A stretch of DNA of 61,565 nt, from IMG/VR virus record IMGVR_UViG_3300044941_000051, positions 1-61,565 of that record. One strand, given 5' to 3'. The DNA is from a virus (lineage: Duplodnaviria; Caudoviricetes). Below are positions 28,739-39,555 of the stretch, one piece after another. The position numbers and the translations under genes were made by a program. Within the stretch, counting starts at the first letter, position 1, and every line of letters begins with the position of its first letter. The notes beneath the pieces are model-generated. The model was not told where the DNA came from. It saw only the letters and a list, made by a program, of their open reading frames with translations, and searched no databases.

Positions 28739-31700
28739 GTGACTGTAGTCCGTGCACTGGGGCAGTACAGCGGGCGGACCTACGGATGGCGGATTGCCGG
28801 GGAGACGCCGACTGTCGATGAGCAGATGGCGTTCGATGCCTTTGTGCGGAGGCGCGAACGCGAGTTTGCCGCGCAGTATCAGGAGCGCTGGGGCCGCAAC
28901 ATCGAACCCCAAGGTACTTTTGTCGGCGAAGCCGTCCGCGGTCTGGGCTCTGGCGCTGCCGGGTTACTCGAGAGCGGTGCCTTGGGCCTCGCATCGCTGC
29001 TGCCGCAGGGCTGGGAGGATCCGGCGCGGGAAGCTATCCGCGGCGCTGGCTACAGAGTGCAGCGGGCGTTGGCGCCGTACGCCAACTACGAGGGGTCGCT
29101 CACGCGGACTCTGTCCGAGGGCCTGGGCTCGACGGCGCCGTTCTTCGCGCTTGCCCCGCTTGGTGGCTTGGGCGCAGCCGCAGGCGCCGCGCTCGGTGCC
29201 GCCGCTGGTGCCGGTGAAGCCAGCGAGCGGGCCTACGCAGCCGGTGCCACTGAAGAGGAGCGCAGCCGAGCTGCCCTGCTGGGCGCCGGCGTCGGGCTTT
29301 CTGAGATCGGTGTTCCTGTCGCCCTGCGGGGCCTTTTCGGCAGCCTGCTACGTGCGGGGGTGCCCGAGACGACGATCATGGCGCGGCTCTGGCGCATCGG
29401 TACCGCGGCGACCGCCGAAGGCGCTCAAGAAGCCGCAGCCGAGTTCTTGCAAAATGCAATCGAGCAGGGGGTGTACAACCCCGAGCAAGACTTGGCCGAG
29501 GGGCTTCTGCCCGCCGCTGGTGTGGGTGGTGGCGTCGGCGCCATCATCCAGGGTCTTGTGGAGCTCGGCACCCGATCTCGGGGGCTGCGCGGCAGGAGGG
29601 GCGAGGTTGCGCCCACCGCTGCGTCTCCGACGCCCCCTGCCCCTGCCCCTGCCGCTGAGCCCGCAGCGCTTCTGGCTCTCCCGCCCCCTGCCGCTGAGCC
29701 TGCGCCCGCCGCCTCTACTCCTACCCCTACCCCTGCCGCTGAGCCTGCGCCCGCCGCCTCTACTCCTACCCCTACCCCTGCCGCCGCTGCGCCCTCAGCG
29801 CGGGCTCCGAACAAAGACTTCGATACCGCGGCTACGCTGGCTGCGCTCCGCAACGCCAGTGGCAACTACGCTACGGCGATGCGCGAACTTGGCATCTCGT
29901 ATCCCGAGATGCAGCAGCGCATTCGTCATCTAGAGTCGCTCGGCGCCGTCGCATTCGACCGCGCTTCCGGCACCATGCGGTTCCCCGACGTGGCGCCCAC
30001 CGCCACCCCTGCCGCTCCCGCCGCTACGGTGCTTACCGCCGAGCTGACCCGTATCCTTGACGAGCTTCAAATCCCGTCGCGCGCCGCTGTGCGCAACAAA
30101 GTAAGATCGGGGGCAGTCGAAACCCTGGATGGTCTGGTCAACGAACTCAAGAAGTACGGAGCGAACCCCAAAGTCCCGCTGGAAACTCGCGGCCGGGTGC
30201 AGTCCTGGCTGAACATGCCGACCGAAGCGCAGTTTTCGCAACCCGGAGCCCCTGATGGCCAAGCACCCCAAGCACCCCAAAGCCCCGTCTCAGGACCTGT
30301 CGGACTTGACGCTCTCACAGATCGAATTGGCGCTCAGGGTAGTATCGGAGAGCCTGGCATCGGAGCGGAGCCCGGAGGAAATCAGCCCGCAGGAGCTGCG
30401 GCACCTGTCGCCCCTGCAGTGGCAGAACCTGTACCTGGCGCACCAGCACCTGATGATGCAGCGACAGAACAGCCCGCTGCACTGAACCCGGAAGTCCCCG
30501 CGCAGCCGTTGGTGGGGGCTGCGCCGAGGGCCGCCCCTCCGACGCCCAGTCCTTCCCCTGCGGCGTCGGAGGGTGTTGCGGCTACGCCGGCGGCCCCAGC
30601 ACGCCAGCTGATCCCTGGTGCTCGGGTTCGAGTCGACCCCCAAACCCTGCAGGCTACATCGCGGCCGTTCTTTCGGCCGGGCGACGTGGAGGACTACTCA
30701 GCGCCTCCCCCCGGCGCGCGACCCGCCCCGGAAACTGACACCGAGGGCGATATCCCTTCGCGCTTTGCGCAGGGTCGCAACAAACCTCGGCCGCCGACGC
30801 CCGAGGAAGCGGCGGTGGCCAGAGAACAGGTAGCGCAGTGGTTCGACGCCAATGCGCCGGCAGATGTGCAAGAAGCGAACCGGCGGCTCAAGCCGAGTGA
30901 TCTGGAGTCTGCAAACATTCGTGTCGCCGACGCGGCAGCTATCGTGAAGCTGCTGCAAGGTAAAGAACCTACGGCGACCGACGACAAAAATAACACGCCG
31001 GAAGCTGCGGCCTATCGGTACTTCAGCCGGTATCGCGACCCGGGTCTGTCGCTAAATGCTATCGCCAGCGACGCAGCAGAAGCCGCGGCGCATGCGCGGC
31101 ATATGGCGGACCGCAAAGAAGCGGGCTTTAAGAGTGCCATGCCGGGGCTATTCAATCCGCCGACATGGACGCTAGCAAGCCTACGTAAGGACTACGGTAA
31201 AGGCTTCGAGCTGTCTCCTACGGACCGGCTGCTGGTTGGTCTGGGGCGTAACCCGGGCGCGAGCGCTATGGGGTGGGTAGAGGCAAATTTGTCGCCGGAC
31301 ACTGTCACAGAGCTCCGGTCTCTTATGAACCGCCGAGCGACGAATCGAGAAGCTGGATATCAGTTTGTAAACGTTCTGGGCTCCATTGAAGTCAGAAACC
31401 AGCGGCAGACTGCCGTTCGAGAAGAACAGGCCAAGCTGGAGAACGCTGCTCGGAAGTCTCGCGGGCTTTCTCCTGAAAAGTGGGCTGAGCTTAGCCCCGA
31501 GGTCAGAAAAGAGCTTATTCGTGACTATCGTTCCCTAGAGAAGGAAAGAGAAAAAGACGCGGCTAGATCGCTCGCAAGGGCGCGACAACTCAAAGGTCAG
31601 TTCAGCTACGCCTGGCCGACATCTGCGCACCCGCAAGTGGGCTCATTGATCCGTGCAGGTAACTTCCCCGCTGCGCTGTCGACGCTGGCGAACACCGCGC

Positions 31701-34700
31701 GGAACGGCTATCAGCGCAGGCTGGCTGCGGCCCTGCTGCCGAGGCTCCAGAACACCCGCGCCCAAGCCGTGCCCTCGGCCGAGCTGGCGCGCGTGCAGAG
31801 CGCCATGTCACCGGAGACCCCCACGCTCGGCAAGCGCCCCGCCGCGGTCTACGTCTGGCCGATGAGCGCCGCGGGTGTTCGCCAGCTGCGGGACAACGGG
31901 CACACCGAGGCTGCCGATTTGATCGACCGGTACGGCGGGCAGATCCTCTTCGACGCCGCGGTGCCGATGAGCCCAGAACTTGTGCTCCATGAGGCCGTGC
32001 ACGCAGCCGCCGACAGTGTTCTGAACAACCCCTCGCACCCGCTGACTCGGCGACTCGAGAACCTGCGTCAGGCCCTGCTCGGCAAGATGCCTGCGGACAC
32101 ATACGGGTTGAACAATGTGCATGAGCTGCTGGCCGAGGGGATGAGCAACCCCGCGTTCCGCCGTGACCTGAACTATCTGAACACCAGCGGCGAAGCCCGT
32201 TCGGCCTGGGAACGGTTCCGTAGCATCATGCGGGACTTCCTGCGGTCGCTGATCGGCTTGCCTCCGAGCGGCCCCAACGACCCGAGCAGCGCGCGAGACC
32301 TGATCGACAGCACGATGAACGACATCTTGGCGCTTGGGCCGAGCGATGTCGAAGCGGGCAGTATACTGGGCGCCTCGTTCCAGACGATGCAGGGTGCGCG
32401 CGACGCGCTTGGCAGGGTCAAAGACAACGTCCGCGTCCCCACCGCTGCCGACATGCAGGGCATGCGTGAGATGCTGCAGAACGTGTCCGTGCCCGGCAGC
32501 TGGAAACAGGCGTTCACACATCTGTTCATGCCGATCCGCTATGTTGCGGACGCGGCGGCCAAATACATGCCGTCGGCGCCCGCTCTGGCGGACGCGGTGA
32601 ACCAGCACAAGGCAGAGATTGTCAAGTATGAACAGATAGTCTCATCGGCTGTCGAAAAGGTAACGGACATACTGCGCAAGTATCGCAACAACCGCGATGT
32701 TCTCGATAATTTCAACCGCGCAGTAAACCAAGGCACGCTGATCGCTACGCAGTTCGGTGTGGACTTCCGCAAGCCCCGGAGCACTTACGAGGGCAAGCCG
32801 GATAGGTTTGACGCCGATGCGCTAGCTGCCTACGACCGCGTTCGTCAGGCATATGACTCGCTCAAACCCGACGTTCAGGAGGCAGTGCGGCGCGTTTTCG
32901 CCATGCCGGTGGCGTTGCGGCCAGAGCTGCAGAACGCTCTTCGTGAGCGGATCGAAGCGCTGGCTCCCGGTAACAAGCGGCTGCAGGAAAAGATCTTCAA
33001 GTCCATTTACGACAAGATCTTTGCTGCTGATCTCGTCGATCCGTTCGCCCCGCTGCGCCGCACGGGGCAGTACTGGCTGTCCTACAACGGTACCGACCCG
33101 GAAACTGGGCAGCCCGATGTTTTCATACATGCGTTCCAGACCCGCGGGGAGCAGGAGGAAGCTATCCGCCGGTTGATGGCCCTGGAGAGCGGCATCGACA
33201 AAGCCAGCATCAAGCCGTTCATGAACGCCGCGGGCATGCGCAACAAGCCCGAAGTACCGATGGAGTACGTGGCAAACGTCCTCGACGCAATCGACGGCTC
33301 TGCCGAGCTTGCGCAGATGGTAGACCCCGAGACCGGCGAAGCGGGCGGGCTGAGGCAGCGCGTTATCGAGCTGATGTTCGATAATCTGCCCGAAACGTCC
33401 TTCGTGAACTCCTTCCGCAAACGAAAAGGCGTGCGGGGCTTCATCGGGGACATGACGCCCTTCACTCAGGGGCTCACCTACGGAGACACCGTAAAGAACG
33501 TCACCGAGGCTAACCAGCGTCTCGGGCGGCAGATTGCCGACATGCGGTTTGGGGCGCGGTTTTCCGCGCTTCGTAACGCGCTGCAGCGGGAGTACAAGGA
33601 TTTCACCAGCGCAGAGCCGTCCAAGGACCCGGCGCTGTCCAGAGAGTTTGCTGCAATCGCGGCCAACCCGACGTTGGCGCCTGAGCAGAAAATCGTCGCG
33701 GTCGAGGAAGCGCGGCGGCGATACCTGCAAAGGCGCCCGCGCGAGGTTGAGGAGGCGAAGAACCTCCACGACACTCTAAGGTCTTACAGCTTCGTGCCGT
33801 TCCGACAGCGAGCAGGGTGGGCCAGCGCAGCCGTTAGTGGGACCTATATGCTCACTCTGGGCTTCAACGCATCGACTGCGCTTATCACCCTGTCTCAGAT
33901 CCCGCTGTTCATCGCCCCATTCCTTTCTGGCAAGCACGGTATGCGGCGCACCATCGCCGCCATAGGTCTTGCGCACCGGCTGCTTGCCGGCAGCGGCAAG
34001 ATGCGCGACCGGCAGACGATTAACGAGCGTGGAGAGATTGTCACGGAGCGCGTGGCGGCGCCCCTCTTCAGTTTCTCGATGGACAACTATACCGACACGG
34101 ACCCGCAATCTGCGTATATGGAGCCCATGCTGCGCCTCGCACGGCGGAACGGGGTCTTCAACCACTCCCTGATACAAGATCAGCTGCTTGGCGAGCAGCC
34201 CACCCTGTGGCAGCGGCTGGCCGGTTGGTCCGGCATCATGCAGCACCACGCGGAGCGTTATTCGCGTGAGGTCGCCCTTACCGCGTCCTACCATCTCGAG
34301 CTGCAGTCGCAGATGGGCAGCGACCTGCCCCTGGACAAGTTCATCTCCGGTCTGCGGGACGGCACGATCAAGCCGACCGGGGAGCAAATGGAAGCCGCGG
34401 CGCTGGAAGCGGTTGAGGTGTCCGAGCGGACCAACGGCCCCATTCTCGCGGCGGCTGGCCCGCTGGCCTCGCAGAATGACATCGGCTCAGTGGCCTACCT
34501 CTTCAAGCGCCACCCGATCTCGATGCTGAACCTGATGTTCCAGACCGCGAAGCGGTCGAACCTGTTCAACCTCTCGCCGGACCAGCGCACGGAAGACCAG
34601 AACATCGCGCGACGGCAGTTCGCTGGCATGGTGGGCATGATGGCGCTCATGTCCGGTGCCCTGGGCCTGCCGCTGATGCAACAGGTGGGCTGGCTCTACG

Positions 34701-35458
34701 ATCTGCTGATCGCTGACGATGACGAGCCGGATTTCGACACGGTTGTTCGGATGCACCTGGGGGAAGCAGGGGCCTTCGGCCTGCTGGACTTCCTGACCGG
34801 CCAGCGCGCCTCGGAGCGCATCAGCCTCAGCAGCGCCATCTACCGGCCGGGCTTTGCAGCGGAGCAGCTGCCGCCGCAGTATCAGTTCATCGAGGCGGTG
34901 GGCGGCCCTGTGGTGGGCATGATCAACAAGTACATCAATCGCTTCCCCGACCTGCTGTCGCAGGGGGAGTACTGGCGTGCGGCCGAGGCAGCCATGCCGT
35001 CAGCGTTTGCCAACATGATGCGGGCGTATCGCTTCTCGCAGGACGGTGTGCTGACCATGCGCGGCGATCCTATCCTGGGAGATATCGGGCCCTTCGACAT
35101 CGCAGCCCAGAGCCTGGGGTTCATGTCAGCGGCCTACTCTCAGCAGCTGGCGATCAACTCTCAGCGCAGCCGCATCGACAACGCCATCGGCACACGGCGA
35201 ACTCGGCTGCTCCAGCAACTGCATATCGCTACGCGAAATAACGATTGGGCGAGCGTCGACGAGATTTACGCGCGTATCGCCGAGTTCAACGTTCGGAACC
35301 CTAACTTCCCCATCACCCGTGAAACCATTCGCGACTCGCTGCGGCAGCACCAGCGCACCACGCAGCAGATGGAGGCGGGCGTCAACATCAACCCCCGCAA
35401 CCGCGAGCGGATCAACGAAATGATCCAGCTCGGATCGCCGAGCGTGTGGGGGGTGTAA
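28739..35458 (+). CDS. Large polyvalent-type internal virion protein with zincin metallopeptidase motif
   Basis: 2239 aa, last late gene; LVLHEAVHAA...HELLAE motif; hydrophobic N- and C-terminal regions. Confidence 0.75.
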   Translation: MTVVRALGQYSGRTYGWRIAGETPTVDEQMAFDAFVRRREREFAAQYQERWGRNIEPQGTFVGEAVRGLGSGAAGLLESGALGLASLLPQGWEDPAREAIRGAGYRVQRALAPYANYEGSLTRTLSEGLGSTAPFFALAPLGGLGAAAGAALGAAAGAGEASERAYAAGATEEERSRAALLGAGVGLSEIGVPVALRGLFGSLLRAGVPETTIMARLWRIGTAATAEGAQEAAAEFLQNAIEQGVYNPEQDLAEGLLPAAGVGGGVGAIIQGLVELGTRSRGLRGRRGEVAPTAASPTPPAPAPAAEPAALLALPPPAAEPAPAASTPTPTPAAEPAPAASTPTPTPAAAAPSARAPNKDFDTAATLAALRNASGNYATAMRELGISYPEMQQRIRHLESLGAVAFDRASGTMRFPDVAPTATPAAPAATVLTAELTRILDELQIPSRAAVRNKVRSGAVETLDGLVNELKKYGANPKVPLETRGRVQSWLNMPTEAQFSQPGAPDGQAPQAPQSPVSGPVGLDALTDRIGAQGSIGEPGIGAEPGGNQPAGAAAPVAPAVAEPVPGAPAPDDAATEQPAALNPEVPAQPLVGAAPRAAPPTPSPSPAASEGVAATPAAPARQLIPGARVRVDPQTLQATSRPFFRPGDVEDYSAPPPGARPAPETDTEGDIPSRFAQGRNKPRPPTPEEAAVAREQVAQWFDANAPADVQEANRRLKPSDLESANIRVADAAAIVKLLQGKEPTATDDKNNTPEAAAYRYFSRYRDPGLSLNAIASDAAEAAAHARHMADRKEAGFKSAMPGLFNPPTWTLASLRKDYGKGFELSPTDRLLVGLGRNPGASAMGWVEANLSPDTVTELRSLMNRRATNREAGYQFVNVLGSIEVRNQRQTAVREEQAKLENAARKSRGLSPEKWAELSPEVRKELIRDYRSLEKEREKDAARSLARARQLKGQFSYAWPTSAHPQVGSLIRAGNFPAALSTLANTARNGYQRRLAAALLPRLQNTRAQAVPSAELARVQSAMSPETPTLGKRPAAVYVWPMSAAGVRQLRDNGHTEAADLIDRYGGQILFDAAVPMSPELVLHEAVHAAADSVLNNPSHPLTRRLENLRQALLGKMPADTYGLNNVHELLAEGMSNPAFRRDLNYLNTSGEARSAWERFRSIMRDFLRSLIGLPPSGPNDPSSARDLIDSTMNDILALGPSDVEAGSILGASFQTMQGARDALGRVKDNVRVPTAADMQGMREMLQNVSVPGSWKQAFTHLFMPIRYVADAAAKYMPSAPALADAVNQHKAEIVKYEQIVSSAVEKVTDILRKYRNNRDVLDNFNRAVNQGTLIATQFGVDFRKPRSTYEGKPDRFDADALAAYDRVRQAYDSLKPDVQEAVRRVFAMPVALRPELQNALRERIEALAPGNKRLQEKIFKSIYDKIFAADLVDPFAPLRRTGQYWLSYNGTDPETGQPDVFIHAFQTRGEQEEAIRRLMALESGIDKASIKPFMNAAGMRNKPEVPMEYVANVLDAIDGSAELAQMVDPETGEAGGLRQRVIELMFDNLPETSFVNSFRKRKGVRGFIGDMTPFTQGLTYGDTVKNVTEANQRLGRQIADMRFGARFSALRNALQREYKDFTSAEPSKDPALSREFAAIAANPTLAPEQKIVAVEEARRRYLQRRPREVEEAKNLHDTLRSYSFVPFRQRAGWASAAVSGTYMLTLGFNASTALITLSQIPLFIAPFLSGKHGMRRTIAAIGLAHRLLAGSGKMRDRQTINERGEIVTERVAAPLFSFSMDNYTDTDPQSAYMEPMLRLARRNGVFNHSLIQDQLLGEQPTLWQRLAGWSGIMQHHAERYSREVALTASYHLELQSQMGSDLPLDKFISGLRDGTIKPTGEQMEAAALEAVEVSERTNGPILAAAGPLASQNDIGSVAYLFKRHPISMLNLMFQTAKRSNLFNLSPDQRTEDQNIARRQFAGMVGMMALMSGALGLPLMQQVGWLYDLLIADDDEPDFDTVVRMHLGEAGAFGLLDFLTGQRASERISLSSAIYRPGFAAEQLPPQYQFIEAVGGPVVGMINKYINRFPDLLSQGEYWRAAEAAMPSAFANMMRAYRFSQDGVLTMRGDPILGDIGPFDIAAQSLGFMSAAYSQQLAINSQRSRIDNAIGTRRTRLLQQLHIATRNNDWASVDEIYARIAEFNVRNPNFPITRETIRDSLRQHQRTTQQMEAGVNINPRNRERINEMIQLGSPSVWGV

Positions 35459-35483
35459 AAAAAAACCCCGGCCGAAGCCGGGG
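35457..35483 (-). terminator. Terminator at the convergence of the two arms
   Basis: CCCCGGC-cgaa-GCCGGGG next to an A9 run. Confidence 0.75.
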
Positions 35484-35526
35484 CCAGTCAGGAAGAGGAG
35501 AGAGACCTCTGGACACCGTTACTATA

Positions 35527-35748
35527 TCAGGCGATCCTCCAGACACGCAAGCCCAAAATGTGGTTCTCGATCCGGGAGGCGTAGCGCGCTTGCCACTTCT
35601 TGCGCTTGAATATCTTCTCGATGCACCGGATCGCAGCGGCGGCATCCACGCAGGGTAGGAAGAACGACCCCCCTACCCGCAGTGATCGCCAGTCGACAGT
35701 GACCCGGGCGCCGTTGATGAAGATGTCATTTCGCCGCGCCAGGCCCAT
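35527..35748 (-). CDS. Small hypothetical protein (possible DNA-binding)
   Basis: 73 aa, VGGSFFLPC...GLRVWR; resembles 50343..50600. Confidence 0.6.
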   Translation of the reverse strand: MGLARRNDIFINGARVTVDWRSLRVGGSFFLPCVDAAAAIRCIEKIFKRKKWQARYASRIENHILGLRVWRIA

Positions 35749-38596
35749 CAGGATCCTCCGGGCTCAGTGCCGAGAAGTTCATCACAATCGCCACCGTCGC
35801 CGGCAGAGCCAGCTTGGTGCCTTTCGAGAGGCGCATGTGCTTCTTGTACGCGCCCATCTTCTCCTTGAGCTCAAGGAAGACCGAGTCAAAGTTGATGCGC
35901 TTCTTCGCGCACCAGGTCTTAAGCGTCGAGTAGGGAATGGCCAGCTGTTTTGTGTCGGTCTCATATCGTGCGGCCAGCGTCATCTTGGGCTGCATTTCCG
36001 GTAGCACCAGCTTGTCGAGACCATTGTTGTTCCCGCCGCGCGCGTCGTCTGTGCTCTTGATCCAGAGAATGTTTCCGTAGTTGTCGTTCACAAAGTCATT
36101 GATCAGTGACTCGACAGTCGTGACCGACTCACGGTCGTTGGCCTTGTTGTCGTTGATCAGTGCCACAACCCAGTCGAATAGCTTGGCCGGGTCGTACGAA
36201 AGCAGACCCAAGTCCCGAGCAAGGACCAAGGCGGCGATGGTCACGGCGCCCTGTACCGACCAGAACCGGTTCTGCATGGTGAGGCCGCACGCAGTGTCGA
36301 TACGTTTTTGCACGGTCTCGATCAGCTGTTTTGCCGTGGCCGTATCCGCCATGATGCGCTGGACAAATGGTACGATGGCGTGCCCCGTGTTGTCCCCCAC
36401 CGACTTGGCGAACAGGTCCGTCTCGGTCTTCTCAGTGAAGTTGTGCGGCTGCACGTGGTACCGCAGCACCCGCTGGACCTCGGCCCGCGGGTTAGACTTC
36501 ATAAGGTAGACCTTCGCCAGCATCGAATGGTTCGACGACGAGCAAACCGTTGTGTGCCAGGGCTCGCCACGGTGCCGCTCGTCGTTCGAGCCTGAGCGCA
36601 GCCGGGCTTTCTGGCGGCCGTCGGTGATGCCGTAGATCAGATCCGACGCATCCTCTGCGGGGAACTCGGTGAACTCGTCGAACTGGACGTTCACGTCCTT
36701 CATCAGCTCGAGCCGGTTCATCCGGGCGTTCAGCGTGTCCTTCGGCCCAACGATCAGCTCCTGGGGGTTGCCGTAGATCGTCAGCGCGAACTTCTGCGTA
36801 GTCGACTTCCCGTGGCCGCTACCGTCGCTGTAGAAATCGAAGATCGCCGCATGCACCGGCAAGAACCGCATCAGCGGCGCGGCCAGTGCGTGACAGATGA
36901 CGTACTGATATGGCTCGAGCCCGGGGCGGTTGTAGAACTCTGCCTGTTTCACCCAACCTTCCAGCGTACCCCTCGGCTTCAGCGCCGGGAACAGAAACGC
37001 CGTCTTGCTGGAAGGAGGATTATACCCAACTTTATCCGCGAAGATTTCGCGGTCCCCCAAGATGTAGGACTTGAAAGAGTTATCGCTCCAGCCGAACTGA
37101 GTTCGAGCAGTATCTGCCATTGTCGTCACTTGCAGCTTTTCAACCCACGCATTTGTGTAAGCCATGAGTGCGTCCCACCTCTTTGTCGGTACCGATACTC
37201 CGTATTTGGCCAGCGCCTTCCGCAGTTCCTCTTTTGATGTCGACGCGACAAGCGGCACGACGAACTCGCGCGTGCCGTCATTCGGCAAATTTAGCCGCCC
37301 GATAACACACTCGCCGTACTCAGGATCCACTACACGTCGAGTGTAGTACAGGTCGTTCATGTAGACGCAGATCTCTTCAGGATCACCGTCTTCGTTCTTT
37401 TGCTTGATATAAACACCCCCGTGCTTGCCGCGAAAGTACGGAAACGGAAACGCGGGAACGCTACTGTGACCGTTCAAGTAGACCACTGCCGGCTCAGCCA
37501 CGCCACCTTTCTCGTCCTCATCTTCAGCGGGTGCGCCGTCTGGTTCGGAGGTAGGGGCTTCCTCTACCGACGCGCCCAGCAGGATCGGCGATTTCAACTT
37601 GTTCCAGTGCGGGCACCCGCTGCAGACCCCCGGGCGCAGCCCGTCCATCGTAGCGCAGGTGTAGGGTCCCTTGATCGCGTCGAACTTGGCATCGGTCTGC
37701 TCGGCGTCGTACTCGGGATGCCCCCGCGATATGCGGTGCGCCGCTGTGCGCCCCTCGGTGCAGAACTTGGTGATCGACAGCGCGCCACGCCACAGTGGCT
37801 CCGAAACCTCGGCTGGCTGGGACACGGCGAAGCCCAGCTGCGCGCACCCGCGCCCCTGTGCTGTCTTCTCCAGAATGCGACGCATCGAGAACGACCGATT
37901 GCCCATCAGGCGCTGCATCACTGGATCGTCCGCCGCCGACAGCCCGGGCACGGAGGCTGTCGGCAGGATCTCCTTGCGCACAGCGGCATAGTCCGCCAGC
38001 CTCCGTGCCATCTCGGCCAGCTCTGGCCGCGCTCCAGTGCCGATACCCAGGATCTGCACCGGGGCGGGTGTCTCGCGCTTGAAGTTCCTCGACCCTGGCA
38101 CCCGCAGGATGCGGGCCGCGTCGGCCGTGATCGCCGGGTCTGCGTGCAGACCACGAGCTGCGCAAGCGCGCTTGAGCGCCTCGGCTACAGGCAGCCATTC
38201 GCTGCGGCTGACAGCCTCAGCCAACGGCCAGTACACGTGAATACCCCACCCACTGCTGACCACGATGGGTTTCGGCAGGTGCAGGTCGGTGACGAACTGC
38301 CGCAATGCGGCGATTGCCGTAACCTGATCTGGATATTCTTTCTTGGGGCCGCAGTCCAAGTCCAGAAACAGCGCGCCCAGCTGTTCTGCGTTCTCTGCCT
38401 TCCTGTCCGCGCCCGGCGCGAAGGTCGCGAGCGCAAAGTAGACGTCGTATTCCGCTGCGTCGAACTCATCCGCAGCCTTGGAGAGCTGTTCCAGAGTAGG
38501 GTAAAACTTCTGCTTTCGGCGCCCTTCCCTGGCCGCGAACAAGCAGTAGTGCCCACCAGCGCCGAGAACGGCGCGGAAGAAGCTCAGTCTGTCCAT
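35726..38596 (-). CDS. Primase-helicase (AEP-like N-terminus, DUF927-like region, P-loop helicase)
   Basis: FLDLD, SSGWGIHVYW, RILRVPG primase motifs; GSGHGKST Walker A; FDE Walker B. Confidence 0.85.
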   Translation of the reverse strand: MDRLSFFRAVLGAGGHYCLFAAREGRRKQKFYPTLEQLSKAADEFDAAEYDVYFALATFAPGADRKAENAEQLGALFLDLDCGPKKEYPDQVTAIAALRQFVTDLHLPKPIVVSSGWGIHVYWPLAEAVSRSEWLPVAEALKRACAARGLHADPAITADAARILRVPGSRNFKRETPAPVQILGIGTGARPELAEMARRLADYAAVRKEILPTASVPGLSAADDPVMQRLMGNRSFSMRRILEKTAQGRGCAQLGFAVSQPAEVSEPLWRGALSITKFCTEGRTAAHRISRGHPEYDAEQTDAKFDAIKGPYTCATMDGLRPGVCSGCPHWNKLKSPILLGASVEEAPTSEPDGAPAEDEDEKGGVAEPAVVYLNGHSSVPAFPFPYFRGKHGGVYIKQKNEDGDPEEICVYMNDLYYTRRVVDPEYGECVIGRLNLPNDGTREFVVPLVASTSKEELRKALAKYGVSVPTKRWDALMAYTNAWVEKLQVTTMADTARTQFGWSDNSFKSYILGDREIFADKVGYNPPSSKTAFLFPALKPRGTLEGWVKQAEFYNRPGLEPYQYVICHALAAPLMRFLPVHAAIFDFYSDGSGHGKSTTQKFALTIYGNPQELIVGPKDTLNARMNRLELMKDVNVQFDEFTEFPAEDASDLIYGITDGRQKARLRSGSNDERHRGEPWHTTVCSSSNHSMLAKVYLMKSNPRAEVQRVLRYHVQPHNFTEKTETDLFAKSVGDNTGHAIVPFVQRIMADTATAKQLIETVQKRIDTACGLTMQNRFWSVQGAVTIAALVLARDLGLLSYDPAKLFDWVVALINDNKANDRESVTTVESLINDFVNDNYGNILWIKSTDDARGGNNNGLDKLVLPEMQPKMTLAARYETDTKQLAIPYSTLKTWCAKKRINFDSVFLELKEKMGAYKKHMRLSKGTKLALPATVAIVMNFSALSPEDPDGPGAAK

Positions 38597-38657
38597 GATC
38601 CGCCTCTACTGAAGGAAGTAGGGCCCCGGGTGGCCGGGGCCCCGTTACGGTCAAGGA

Positions 38658-39545
38658 TCAGTCGTCGTCCCAGCCAGCCAGCACGGACTTGAGGTCAGGC
38701 GAAGCCTGAGCCGCCGCGGGTTTCGTCTTCTCGACCTTCGTGGGCTCCGGCACGTCATCGGCTTCGACTTCGACGCGCTTGGGTGCAGTCTTCGGCTTCT
38801 CGGCCTTCGGCTTCTCTGCGGGCTTAACCCCGTCGGTCTGCGACACCGTCATCGTGATCGCCTTCAGCGCCTCCTCGCTCTCGCGCTGGTCGAGAGCGAC
38901 CTTCAGTTCATCCTCGCTCAGGGGCCGGGCCGCGCTGAAGTACAGCTTGGGTGCGTCCGAGTTGTCGTCGAAGCGCAGCCTGGTCACGACCGCGATGGCC
39001 GGGGTGTTGTGCGCGGACAGAAACCTGATATACGCCTGCAGCCCCATGTCGCTACCCTTGGCTTCGCCGAAGATCGACGCCGCCGGTACCTGCAGCTGGT
39101 AGACCGTATCCAGCTCCCCCTCGAGTACCACAGCCAGCCGCTGCGAGAAGCGGCAGGCGCGGCTCTCGCCCTGCCCGGAGCCCTTGACGTTCATAGGGCA
39201 ATCGGCGCAGCGCGCAGCCTTGCGGCTCTCTTCCGGCACTTCCGGTGCCGGAGTGCGGGTATCGTGGGACCAGCAGGTGGGGGGCGCAGGATTCTCGGGG
39301 TCGTAGGTCCCCTCATAGTAGGTCCGGGCCACGCCCGCGGCGTTCACGATCACCGCGTTCAGCTCGCCGGCCTTGTTGACAGCCACCTGCTCGCCGTCGA
39401 CCATCATGCGGAACTTGCCGCCACGGATGCTGATCCGGCGACCGGTTCCAGTGCCGCCGGCCATCTTCTTGTTCAAGTCCATCAGGCTCTTGAACAGGTC
39501 CGAGTTGACCAGCGGGTTGCCCTTGAAAAGTTCCAGTGTGCTCAT
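38658..39545 (-). CDS. Putative single-stranded DNA-binding protein
   Basis: CADCP..GSG..ACR motif, Lys/Pro-rich linker, acidic WDDD tail; GAGGAG RBS before ATG 39545. Confidence 0.65.
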   Translation of the reverse strand: MSTLELFKGNPLVNSDLFKSLMDLNKKMAGGTGTGRRISIRGGKFRMMVDGEQVAVNKAGELNAVIVNAAGVARTYYEGTYDPENPAPPTCWSHDTRTPAPEVPEESRKAARCADCPMNVKGSGQGESRACRFSQRLAVVLEGELDTVYQLQVPAASIFGEAKGSDMGLQAYIRFLSAHNTPAIAVVTRLRFDDNSDAPKLYFSAARPLSEDELKVALDQRESEEALKAITMTVSQTDGVKPAEKPKAEKPKTAPKRVEVEADDVPEPTKVEKTKPAAAQASPDLKSVLAGWDDD

Positions 39546-39555
39546 CGTTCTCTCC

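Noticed and set aside
5464-28994. Many long antisense ORFs in the structural arm
   Set aside because: Expected shadow ORFs in high-GC coding DNA; no motifs or RBS support
28739-35458. N4-like virion RNA polymerase
   Set aside because: No recognisable RNAP catalytic motifs; has a peptidase motif instead
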